A DNA stretch of 64,000 bases from an uncultured delta proteobacterium (GCA_963845145.1 CAWJQU010000004.1:384001-448000); one strand, 5' to 3'. Shown: positions 54,364 through 62,627, counted from the stretch's first letter. The notes: generated by a model from the letters alone, not told the origin. A program made the numbers and translations.

Positions 54364-54966
54364 TTAACGCAGTGATTTTCGAGCAATGAACTCACAATGC
54401 GAATCTCCCTTGGCACAGCAGAAAGTCTCTTCCGCGGTGAAGGTAAAACAGCCTTCGGGGTATTCTTCCCCATATAATAGATCCATGAAGGCGCCGGTGA
54501 CGCCCCTTAACATATAGCATTTGCCTGCGACAGCTCGGCCATAGGCTTTGAGGTAGCCCTTAGCCTCATACGAGTCACTGACGGCAAGCACCAGCTTTTC
54601 ATTCGGGATCAGCTCTTTTACGACCAGATCTCCCCACCCAAAGGCCACCGCCACCGCTGTAAAACTTTCGATCTGGTCTTCCTTTTTTTCGATCATGGGT
54701 AAAACGATACTTTCCCATTCATAGGAGTTACGGATCCCTTGAAAGGTGGCATACCCACATTCCTGGGCCGCCTCAATCAACAGGGCCTGAGATTGGGTGG
54801 CGTTTGATTCGCCCATCTTCGATTCAAAGTTAAAGCTAAGCTGGTTATAATAATGGGCTGAAAATATGGATAGATAGACGCCAAACAGCGGAATGATTCC
54901 CTTGGCTTCCCTGATTCGACTGCCTTCCATCACCGCATGAATAATTTTATTTCCGTCTATGGGCAT
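54364..54966 (-). CDS. V4R (4-vinyl reductase) domain protein
   Basis: AFGWG, SYEA, CYMLRG, EETFCCAKGDSHCEF. Confidence 0.8.
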   Translation of the reverse strand: MPIDGNKIIHAVMEGSRIREAKGIIPLFGVYLSIFSAHYYNQLSFNFESKMGESNATQSQALLIEAAQECGYATFQGIRNSYEWESIVLPMIEKKEDQIESFTAVAVAFGWGDLVVKELIPNEKLVLAVSDSYEAKGYLKAYGRAVAGKCYMLRGVTGAFMDLLYGEEYPEGCFTFTAEETFCCAKGDSHCEFIARKSLR

Positions 54967-54992
54967 AGGGCCTTCCTGATAGTCAAAGAAGC

Positions 54993-55517
54993 TTACTTGA
55001 TCCTTACATCGAAAACACACTCCGGGTCCCGCGTCATTTTACACGATGTCTCTTCAACGAAATAATACCCCGGCGGCTGGTCATAAATTGTTGCCATCAG
55101 ACCGGATATCCAACCTCGGGTAAAATGGCAGCCGGGTGTATGTCGCCGGCCGTGTTTTGCCAGCCAGCCGGTGACCTGGTGGCTGGAGGGACTGATAATA
55201 CGGCCGCCGGATGGATCAACTTTCTGAAAATGGATGATACCCCAACCTGAATTTTGAAAAAGGGTGGCTGCCATTTCAAGCTTGGACTTTGTTGTTTTGA
55301 TCTGGCGATACTGATCGATAAGGTAACGAAAAATTTTATAGTTCGATTCTTCCGCGGATCGATACAATAATTCGACACCTTCCTGCCCGAGGGTGTCCTC
55401 CAGGGTTTTCTGCAGATTGATATTATAGTGATGGCAGTGCATTGTAAAAGACTGCCCGGCGAAAACCAGGCGGTGGCCTTCCCGTGCCAGCTCTTTCTGC
55501 CAGTTGAGAACGGTCAT
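54993..55517 (-). CDS. V4R domain protein
   Basis: MHCHHYN, GWG, CHFTRGWISG, EETSC...DPECVF. Confidence 0.8.
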   Translation of the reverse strand: MTVLNWQKELAREGHRLVFAGQSFTMHCHHYNINLQKTLEDTLGQEGVELLYRSAEESNYKIFRYLIDQYRQIKTTKSKLEMAATLFQNSGWGIIHFQKVDPSGGRIISPSSHQVTGWLAKHGRRHTPGCHFTRGWISGLMATIYDQPPGYYFVEETSCKMTRDPECVFDVRIK

Positions 55518-55690
55518 TTTTCCCCTTGTTTTTGGTGTCGCAAAAGGTGCAACCGGTTTCGGTCAGGCTATATCATGACATTAATGATAACAAGGGCTTT
55601 CGTCAAATAAAAACCAACAGGCATTGACAGAACATGGCTTGGTGTCTATCTATTTTCGATAGCCGGACCGTCTATCAGGTGATGAATACA

Positions 55691-55705
55691 ATGAACAACC
55701 TTTTC
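55691..55705 (+). promoter_or_regulatory. Putative regulator box upstream of the second CobW gene
   Basis: ATGAACAACCTTTTC is the exact reverse complement of 51443-51457. Confidence 0.5.
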
Positions 55706-55773
55706 GGTTTTTCTATGGCGGCGATTAAAACCCATTGCAAAACCCAAACAATCAAAAAAATAATGAGACATCC

Positions 55774-56725
55774 ATGAATGATATCGGAGAACAAGAATCG
55801 AATGAAAAGATCGAGATTATCCTGCTGACAGGTTTTTTAGGATCCGGTAAGACCACCTTGCTCAAACGGATTCTTTCCTGGGAGACCGACCTGTCCGGCA
55901 CGGTGGTGATCGTCAACGAATTTGGTGACGTGGGCATTGATGGCGCCCTGTTGAAAACGTCCGGGTCGGACGTGGTCGAAATGAACAGTGGCTGTATTTG
56001 CTGTACGCTGAGTGCCGATTTAAAGCAGTCGCTGGAACGTATTCGCAAAGAGCTCAAACCGACGCGGATTATGATCGAATCATCCGGTGTGGCAGATCCA
56101 ACAGCGATTTCATCGGTTCTATCCGAGACCGACATGCGTCGCTACATGGCCCTTGAGAAGATCATCGCCGTTTTGGATGCTGATTGTTGGGCAGCCCGGG
56201 AAGTATTCGGCCCCCTTTTTTTATAACCAACTGGAGATGGCCCATCTGATCCTACTGAATAAAATCGATCTGCTCGACACCGATGAAGTCCCGGTCTATT
56301 TAGAAGATATCCATGCGGTCATTCCAAACTCACAGGTGGTCCCGACGATTCAATGCCGCGTGGATCCCGAAACCCTCTGGGCTAATTCGAAACCCAAAGG
56401 CATTGATCTGAAACCGATGGATTTCTTTCAAGCGCAACCCGGCCGGGAATCTGTTTCGGCCACACATTACCAGACCTTTTCATTTCAAACGTCGCGTCCC
56501 CTGGATGAAACCCGCTTTAAACAATTCGTCGAGGAATTACCCTTTGAATTGTTTCGAATGAAGGGCCCGGTGCGACTTGCGGACCGAACCGTCATGATCA
56601 ATTTTGTGGGCGGTCGGAGTCAATGGGCGCCCTGGGAGAAGGATACCGATACAAAACTGGCTTTTATCGGCTGGAACGTCGATAGAGAAGAGACACTCAA
56701 TAAAATTGATCGGTGTCTTCTTTGA
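55774..56725 (+). CDS. COG0523/CobW-family GTPase, frameshift in the T7 run at 56216-56222
   Basis: TGFLGSGKTT, NEFG, GCICC, ESSG in the first frame; NKID and FRMKG in the second. Confidence 0.87.
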
Positions 56726-56795
56726 TCAGTCGCCGGGTCGATTTCTTGCCGGGTTACGAATCGTCCGGCGCGTTCGTTTATTCATATCGCAACGG

Positions 56796-57782
56796 TCAGC
56801 AGCACTTATACATCTTCAATAAACGTTCATCCATGACGAAGTAAAACTTCATAAAGGACGACCCGTCAAAGCGCGTCCGGACACCGTGAAGCGTGTCGGC
56901 CAGATCGATCGTGCTTCGCAGGTGGGTAATCATGATCAACTGCTTGTCCGAGGCCACCTCTTTTAAAAAAGCCTGCATGGATTTATGGTTGATGTAGTCC
57001 AGGGCCGGCTCGACTTCATCTAAAAGGTAAAAAGGTGTTTCGAGCTGATGGAATACGGCCAGTTTCAGGGCCAGGCTGGTGATGGACTTCTCTCCGCCCG
57101 AGAGCTGGTGAGCGCGCCGTTTCCGGTTTCCCGGCAGAATAACTTCGATGTCCAACCCGTGCTTGCCGTTGTCGCGGTCGGTTATCTCTTCGAGTGTTAC
57201 TTCGCTTTGCGGCATCAGGCAGGACATGTACCTGATGAATAGCGGTCCAATCGATTCCCTCAGGTTTTTCTGCAAATCGGCCGGTTTTTGCATTTCCAGG
57301 AGCGTCTGTATCAGATCAAATCGCTGATATGGGTTGCAGTGCATCAGGTCGTTGATCTCTTCTTGCCGGATAATGGTTTGCAAGGCATGGGTCATGTTGA
57401 GATCGTCCAGCTTTTGCCGATAGTCGTCGGGCGAATGGGGGACGTCGTCGATTAAAAATTGGTTTTGGCCATCCCGTGACATTCTGCGGGCCAAAACAAT
57501 ACTTGCCGGGTCGTTATCGGCGCCGTTTTTCAGGACCAATTTCACATTTATATTAGGTGCCGGCGGGTGCTTTTTGCTGCCGGAAAAAAACATTTCTTCA
57601 CGTTCGTAACAACGGATTCTCTCCAGGCTGTCTTCTCCCAGGGTCCACACGATGGCATCGAGGATGTTTGATTTACCCACCCCGTTGTTGCCGATGATCA
57701 CCCCAATACCCGGCTGGAAACTCATATCGGTGGGTTCTGAAAAAGATTTGAATCCTTCAATGTTCACATCTTCTATATGCAT
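56796..57782 (-). CDS. Hinge-less mini-SMC-type ABC ATPase with C-terminal Cys-Cys
   Basis: GFKSF, GNNGVGKSNILDAI, IIRQ, LSGGEKS, LLDEVEPALD, ITH within only 328 aa; ends YKCC. Confidence 0.8.
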   Translation of the reverse strand: MHIEDVNIEGFKSFSEPTDMSFQPGIGVIIGNNGVGKSNILDAIVWTLGEDSLERIRCYEREEMFFSGSKKHPPAPNINVKLVLKNGADNDPASIVLARRMSRDGQNQFLIDDVPHSPDDYRQKLDDLNMTHALQTIIRQEEINDLMHCNPYQRFDLIQTLLEMQKPADLQKNLRESIGPLFIRYMSCLMPQSEVTLEEITDRDNGKHGLDIEVILPGNRKRRAHQLSGGEKSITSLALKLAVFHQLETPFYLLDEVEPALDYINHKSMQAFLKEVASDKQLIMITHLRSTIDLADTLHGVRTRFDGSSFMKFYFVMDERLLKMYKCC

Positions 57783-57783
57783 C

Positions 57784-58080
57784 TCAATCTCCCCGGTTTT
57801 TCTCTTTGTATCGTCGCTGGATCTCGGCGATGAGCTCCTCCTGCATGGGAATCAGGGATTCATACATCAGCTCTTCATCCAGGGCCACACTGGGCAACGA
57901 CTTGGCTTTGAGTTCCTGGAAACGCTTTACACCCTCACGGGTGCGCATATCCCATTCGTGAACGTCGATGATATCCTGGATCTCTTCCGGTAAAACCTTT
58001 ACCGATTCCGCCATATAGACGCAGGCCACTCATTGATTAAAATCGGTTAACAGAACATCCACCTGAACCCGTTGGGCCAT
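57784..58080 (-). CDS. Thioredoxin-fold selenoprotein, UxxC (U17)
   Basis: MAQRVQVDVLLTDFNQ-U-VACVYM; TGA at 58030-58032; ATG overlaps the upstream TAA (TAATG); hairpin CGGTAAA-GGT-TTTACCG; clearly similar to 43567-43971. Confidence 0.88.
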
Positions 58081-59066
58081 TATTCCCCCTCTTGTTCCCG
58101 TTCGATAATCATCTGTTTAAATTTAACTTGGCCTTGCTTTGCTTCAAGAAGCCCCCACACCAGTTGTTTTGGCTCTACCGCCGGGCCCAGACTGATAAAA
58201 TCTTTTCCAGCCACCTGCCAATGGCCCCAAGTTTGGGCCTGGCTAAAAAGAATAATGTCCGCCTCAAACTGGGGTATCATGGCCTCCAAAGCCGGAAAAA
58301 CGGTTTGATCCTGCATAAAACCCGTCAATCCGCAAACCATGTTCATCTCTAAAGCGAAGGGCTCAAAGTCCGAATATCCGGGTAGATTTTGAATGTACTC
58401 TCCATAAAAAGCCATTCCTTTTTTGGCTCCCAGGCCAAAACTTAAGACATGGGGAGACTGAAGCAGCCAATCCCTGACTTTTTGGCCATAGCCTTGGCCC
58501 ATTCGTTGATTCAGGGCCGTTGACTCATCCCCAGCGTCTCCCTGGGCCACTTGCCAATCCGTTTCACCCAAGATGGCGGGGATGCCCTCCTTGCGAAGGA
58601 CCTTTAGCAATCGTTTATTGTTCTGTTTCGGTCCGGTAAGGTCCCCCAGACAGTAAATCGCGTCCAGATCGGCGGGAACCATCGCTTTTAACAATTCAGC
58701 CAGTGCCTGATCGTCACCACCCATCGCGGCGATCAGTCCGATACGATGATGTTGATGGGGGTCGCTATGGATTCGGAAAGAATCTGCCGGCGCCAGGCGG
58801 CTATCCAAAGCCGCTTCAAGTGCCGAGTGCAGCTGCTGGGAACACGATGTGCCATCACGGCAGACGATTCCGTCAAGGCATGGCAGCACCTCATCGACTT
58901 GACGGCCTATTAGTAGACGGGCAACGAGATGGGCGTTGCCCGTACAACCCCCCCCAACAAATCGAAGATCTTCCAATACCCCATGGCCCAGTTGAAAATG
59001 AATTTCCGGTGGGCAAACGCCCTCAGTTTGAAAGACGAAGCGTTGTGATTTCGTTTTGTCGGTCAT
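58080..59066 (-). CDS. TIGR03905-like (TSCPD, 4-Cys) domain fused to a degenerate metallophosphoesterase domain
   Basis: EGVC...GGGC.GN...GIVC...TSC.QQL N-domain; CLGDL and ILGETD in the C-domain. Confidence 0.7.
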   Translation of the reverse strand: MTDKTKSQRFVFQTEGVCPPEIHFQLGHGVLEDLRFVGGGCTGNAHLVARLLIGRQVDEVLPCLDGIVCRDGTSCSQQLHSALEAALDSRLAPADSFRIHSDPHQHHRIGLIAAMGGDDQALAELLKAMVPADLDAIYCLGDLTGPKQNNKRLLKVLRKEGIPAILGETDWQVAQGDAGDESTALNQRMGQGYGQKVRDWLLQSPHVLSFGLGAKKGMAFYGEYIQNLPGYSDFEPFALEMNMVCGLTGFMQDQTVFPALEAMIPQFEADIILFSQAQTWGHWQVAGKDFISLGPAVEPKQLVWGLLEAKQGQVKFKQMIIEREQEGE

Positions 59067-59182
59067 GCCGATCATACCCATACATGCGAGGCCACGTCAT
59101 TTTTGTCAGGCCGGATTGCAGCCGGCTAGAGTATGCACTCTAACAAAAGATATAACCCATACTACACGGTCAAATGAATTAA

Positions 59183-59205
59183 AATCGTCCAAAGGTTGAT
59201 TTTTT
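59183..59205 (-). promoter_or_regulatory. Putative response-regulator box upstream of the TIGR03905/Sec-Trx/mini-SMC operon
   Basis: Identical 23-mer to 51378-51400, same orientation and similar distance from the start codon. Confidence 0.65.
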
Positions 59206-59328
59206 ACGGGATAAAGTTGGCAAACAGACACAAAGGGTCAAGGCCTCAAGGGGCTATGGGGTCAAGTGCAGGGCAATTGCATTTATTATTTTCCAACCCG
59301 TCCGAAAATCTACAATGAATGCGAAAAT

Positions 59329-59408
59329 GTAGGGGCAATCCCTTGTGGTTGCCCGATGGTGTTTTATCTCCCACAAAGGGAATGGGCACCCACAAGGGGT
59401 GTCCCTAC
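59329..59408. repeat. GTAG-type REP doublet (REPIN-like)
   Basis: GTAGGGGCAATCCCTTGTGGTTGCCC and inverted GGGCACCCACAAGGGGTGTCCCTAC. Confidence 0.7.
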
Positions 59409-59442
59409 AGGGGAAATTCCATTAGAAAATTATTGTTTCTTT

Positions 59443-59605
59443 ACCCTAAGTTGAGCGATTTTTTGCGAAGCTATGTGCCGAGATATTGAGATGATAAGGT
59501 TTTCAAAAAACGGAGGCATACCCGTTGGATATGCTGAGTATTTTTGAAAGCCTTAGCGCTCAATAGATTGGTGCAGAGTAAATAAAAAATTGCTCAATTT
59601 AGGTT
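59443..59605. repeat. ~163 bp palindromic MITE-like repeat, copy 2
   Basis: Colinear, same-orientation, slightly diverged copy of 36259-36421. Confidence 0.8.
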
Positions 59606-59611
59606 TACAAT

Positions 59612-59953
59612 TCAACCGTTTTGTTCGCTGTTAAATGACGGCAAATGATCATGTAGCATTTTTTGTGGAAATGGCTTTACCTTTTTCCATTCCTGTGATT
59701 CCTTTTCAGCATGCCATAAGTCAAAATTTTTCTGTAAATTAAGCCAAAAATATGGCGTGGTATCAAACGCACGTGACAAGCGTAAAGCCATATCGGGTGT
59801 GATAGCTCCCCTCTCATTTATTATCTTGGATAATGTTTTTCTTGAAACACAGAGAGTTGCAGCCATGTCCTTAATTGTAATGGATAGAGGCAAAAGATAG
59901 TCTTCTTTTATTATATTGCCCGGATGTGTTGGGCGCCTAATCATTCTTCGCAT
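59612..59953 (-). CDS. higA: HigA family antitoxin
   Basis: PTHPG, HTH, ITPDMALRL, FWLNLQ. Confidence 0.92.
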   Translation of the reverse strand: MRRMIRRPTHPGNIIKEDYLLPLSITIKDMAATLCVSRKTLSKIINERGAITPDMALRLSRAFDTTPYFWLNLQKNFDLWHAEKESQEWKKVKPFPQKMLHDHLPSFNSEQNG

Positions 59954-59964
59954 TGGTATATCTC

Positions 59965-60243
59965 CTAATGATAATCATCGTATCCAACGACATACGCATC
60001 ACCATCGATAAATTGAAAGAAAATCCTCCAGTTGCCGGATACTCTAACGGTGTAAAATCCCTTTTTATCGCCGCTTAACTGGTGAAGGAAGGAACCCGGG
60101 TAATTCATATCTTTAATCTCATTTGCAGCATTGAGACGATCTAAGATTCGTGCAAGCCTGCTACTATGTTCAGGCTTTATACCTTTCTTGCTTCCTGTGT
60201 AAAAATAGTTTTCCAAGCCTTTATGTTTAAAGGATTTAATCAT
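59965..60243 (-). CDS. higB: HigB (RelE-like) toxin
   Basis: MIKSFKHKGL, LHQLSGD, VRVSGNWRIFF, DYH. Confidence 0.92.
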   Translation of the reverse strand: MIKSFKHKGLENYFYTGSKKGIKPEHSSRLARILDRLNAANEIKDMNYPGSFLHQLSGDKKGFYTVRVSGNWRIFFQFIDGDAYVVGYDDYH

Positions 60244-60290
60244 GGTTATTTTAATGTAACCCATAGGGTTACGATTGTCAAGCAATCCGT

Positions 60291-60493
60291 GAGCGTTTAT
60301 AATCCTTAAACAACCGTTTGGCCATATCAACACTCATACTCCCGAATTCCGCCTCAAACATGCGATCCCAGTGATGGGTCCAGCCCGGCAGCATGAAAAA
60401 AGTTCCCGGCTCTTTGCACTGCTCACCATAATAGGTGTTGCGCCCACCGATTAAAAGCCCCACGCAATCATCCACCGGGTGATCCGTATCCAT
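60291..60493 (-). pseudogene. Internal fragment of a DUF1638 gene (diverged duplicate of 61594-61796)
   Basis: 203 bp ungapped match with 12 differences by manual count. Confidence 0.85.
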
Positions 60494-60631
60494 TTATGGG
60501 TAACGTAAAGATTTCCGAGATCATCACGGGTTGGGATTGGGTGCCAGGTGATCAGCTGCTTCGGAGAAATCAATCTGCTTTTCAAAATATAACTTGCATA
60601 TTACAAATATATAGGTTATATTATAACCACT

Positions 60632-60898
60632 ATGGAATTTGAGGTGCGGGTCAAGAAAAAAGTTGCGCGAAACCTGAAGAAGCTGCCCGATAATGTCCAG
60701 AAGCTCCTTTTCTTGCTGATCGCAGAGCTTCAGCTAAATGGCCCCAATCTAAAAAGCTGGCAGAACTTTTCGCGGCTTGGTAAGGATAAATATCATTGTC
60801 ATTTGAACTATAGATATGTGGCATGCTGGACATGCCGGAAGAACGAAATAGTGATTGAGGTGTACTATGTTGGCACTCGTGAAAAAGCCCCATATTGA
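60632..60898 (+). CDS. RelE/ParE-like toxin
   Basis: 88 aa, basic; YHCHLNYRYVACW, IEVYYVGTREKAPY; overlaps an HTH gene. Confidence 0.7.
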   Translation: MEFEVRVKKKVARNLKKLPDNVQKLLFLLIAELQLNGPNLKSWQNFSRLGKDKYHCHLNYRYVACWTCRKNEIVIEVYYVGTREKAPY

Positions 60899-61251
60899 AA
60901 TCTCGATGCATGGTGAGCACACAGACGAGTTACTCGCCTGGATTAGGAAAAAGTATGACGTTTCAGTATTGGTTCGATGATCCTGAAGATGAGTTGGTTC
61001 CCATTGAGAGCACGGAGTACTGGCAGGAGATGGAAAAGAATCGTATCGGCAATCTACTTGCCGGTGCACGCCTTAAGGCTGGATTGACTCAAGTACAGTT
61101 GTCGGAAAAGTTGAGTATTCGGCAGAACATGATTAGCGACTATGAGAATGGGCGGCGCACCTATTCCGATGCCATGGCCAAGCGCCTTAGTAAAACACTC
61201 AAGGTGAGCGAAAAACTCCTTAAATATGGAAGCGAACATAAGAACGCCTGA
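60867..61251 (+). CDS. XRE/HTH antitoxin, frameshift near 60973
   Basis: MLALVKKPHIEI start with RBS GAGG; C-terminal HTH ARLKAGLTQ..LS...ISDYENGRR lies in another frame. Confidence 0.7.
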
Positions 61252-61280
61252 ACATGATGGCGGGCCATTTTTTGTCACAA

Positions 61281-61395
61281 TTGGTCGATGCCTCAATATG
61301 GGTAGACTATTTCAGGCGCGGAGGTCATTCCGAAAAATTTGATTTTCTGATCGATGAAAATCTTACCGTGACCAATGATTTGATTTTGTCCGATG
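61281..61395 (+). pseudogene. PIN/VapC toxin N-terminal remnant
   Basis: LVDASIWVDYFR...ILS, then similarity stops. Confidence 0.55.
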
Positions 61396-61424
61396 CTAAG
61401 CAAATTGTACAGCGAGAAAATTTA

Positions 61425-62195
61425 TTAGTGAGCCTTACCAGATTTGACCTGCGCTTTCGCCGCTTCCCATGTTTCCTTTAGAATATGCAGGGTGCCTTTT
61501 CGGCATTCGGTGCGGGTGTCGAACATTTCGTTGAATGGCTCGGCGTTTTTCCGCATTTTTTCCGTGGGCATGACGGGGGATGTGATCAGCAGCGAGCGTT
61601 TATAATCTTTAAACAACCGCTTGGCCATATCAACACTCATACTCCCGAATTCCGCCTCAAACATGCGATCCCAATGATGGGTCCAACCCGGCAGCATGAA
61701 AAATGTTCCCGGCTCATTACACTGCTCACCGTAATAGGTGTCGCGCCCGCCGATTAAAAGCCCCACGCAATCATCCACCGGGTGGTCTGTATCCATGGGG
61801 ATAAAAACCGGCACGCCCGCGTCCGCCAGCAGTTCTTCGGGTTTTTCCAGTGCATTGCCACACAAGCCATAACCCAGCATCAGACCGTCAATATAAGGTC
61901 CCATTTCATTGGCCGCCTCCACGATTCCGTCCTGCAGGCTTTTTTTCCGACTGTGAAGGCCCAATTCCAACACCCGAATAATGATGTCCATGGGCTGGCT
62001 CTTATCCGGTTTGAACGATGCCATATCCGGCAGTCGTCGAATGGTGTCAATGGCTTGGGCTTCAAGGGCCTCAACGAGGCGCTCGGAACGATGATCTTCC
62101 AAGACAGCCACCGAGGTGATGGCTTCGTCTTCGCCCAAAATGTGGGCGAATTCGAGCTCGAGGATTTCACATGTCAGGATACCGAGAGTGGGCAT
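61425..62195 (-). CDS. DUF1638 domain protein
   Basis: LTCEILE, LELGLH, GYGLCGN, DDCVGLLIGG, GTFFMLPGW. Confidence 0.85.
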   Translation of the reverse strand: MPTLGILTCEILELEFAHILGEDEAITSVAVLEDHRSERLVEALEAQAIDTIRRLPDMASFKPDKSQPMDIIIRVLELGLHSRKKSLQDGIVEAANEMGPYIDGLMLGYGLCGNALEKPEELLADAGVPVFIPMDTDHPVDDCVGLLIGGRDTYYGEQCNEPGTFFMLPGWTHHWDRMFEAEFGSMSVDMAKRLFKDYKRSLLITSPVMPTEKMRKNAEPFNEMFDTRTECRKGTLHILKETWEAAKAQVKSGKAH

Positions 62196-62627
62196 ACCGC
62201 AGAAACGTCCTTTTCTAAGTTTTTTGTATGGAGCCCATCGCATTATAGCATGTCAAAGCTAAAGAATATCGTTTTGGAATCTTCCTCATCAATTGAATAA
62301 TGGCAGCCATTCCTGTTGTCAAGGAAGCATGCGCTGGAAAATCATTAAAATTCCACCAAAGAAGGATAGGAAGAGAGAGCTGAAGTCATATCCGCACGAT
62401 TTACTTGATCGGGTAATGATTCCTGCATGTAGTATTCTATCAATGACTTTAGTAAATTAAAATCGCTTGCTTAGGGGGAGTCTATTGACGTATTTAGATA
62501 CTAAGTAGCTGATAGGTGATGCCAAATACACATTTGGACAATTTCAGCGGGCGATTATTGTAAGTTTGGAATCGATCATGATTGATAATGCCTTACCAAC
62601 GTTAGAGTTGTCTATTACAGAGGATTA

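Noticed and set aside
57784..57786. TGA ending the Sec-Trx gene as a second Sec
   Set aside because: It is followed 1 nt later by the next ATG with its own RBS, and the domain is already complete
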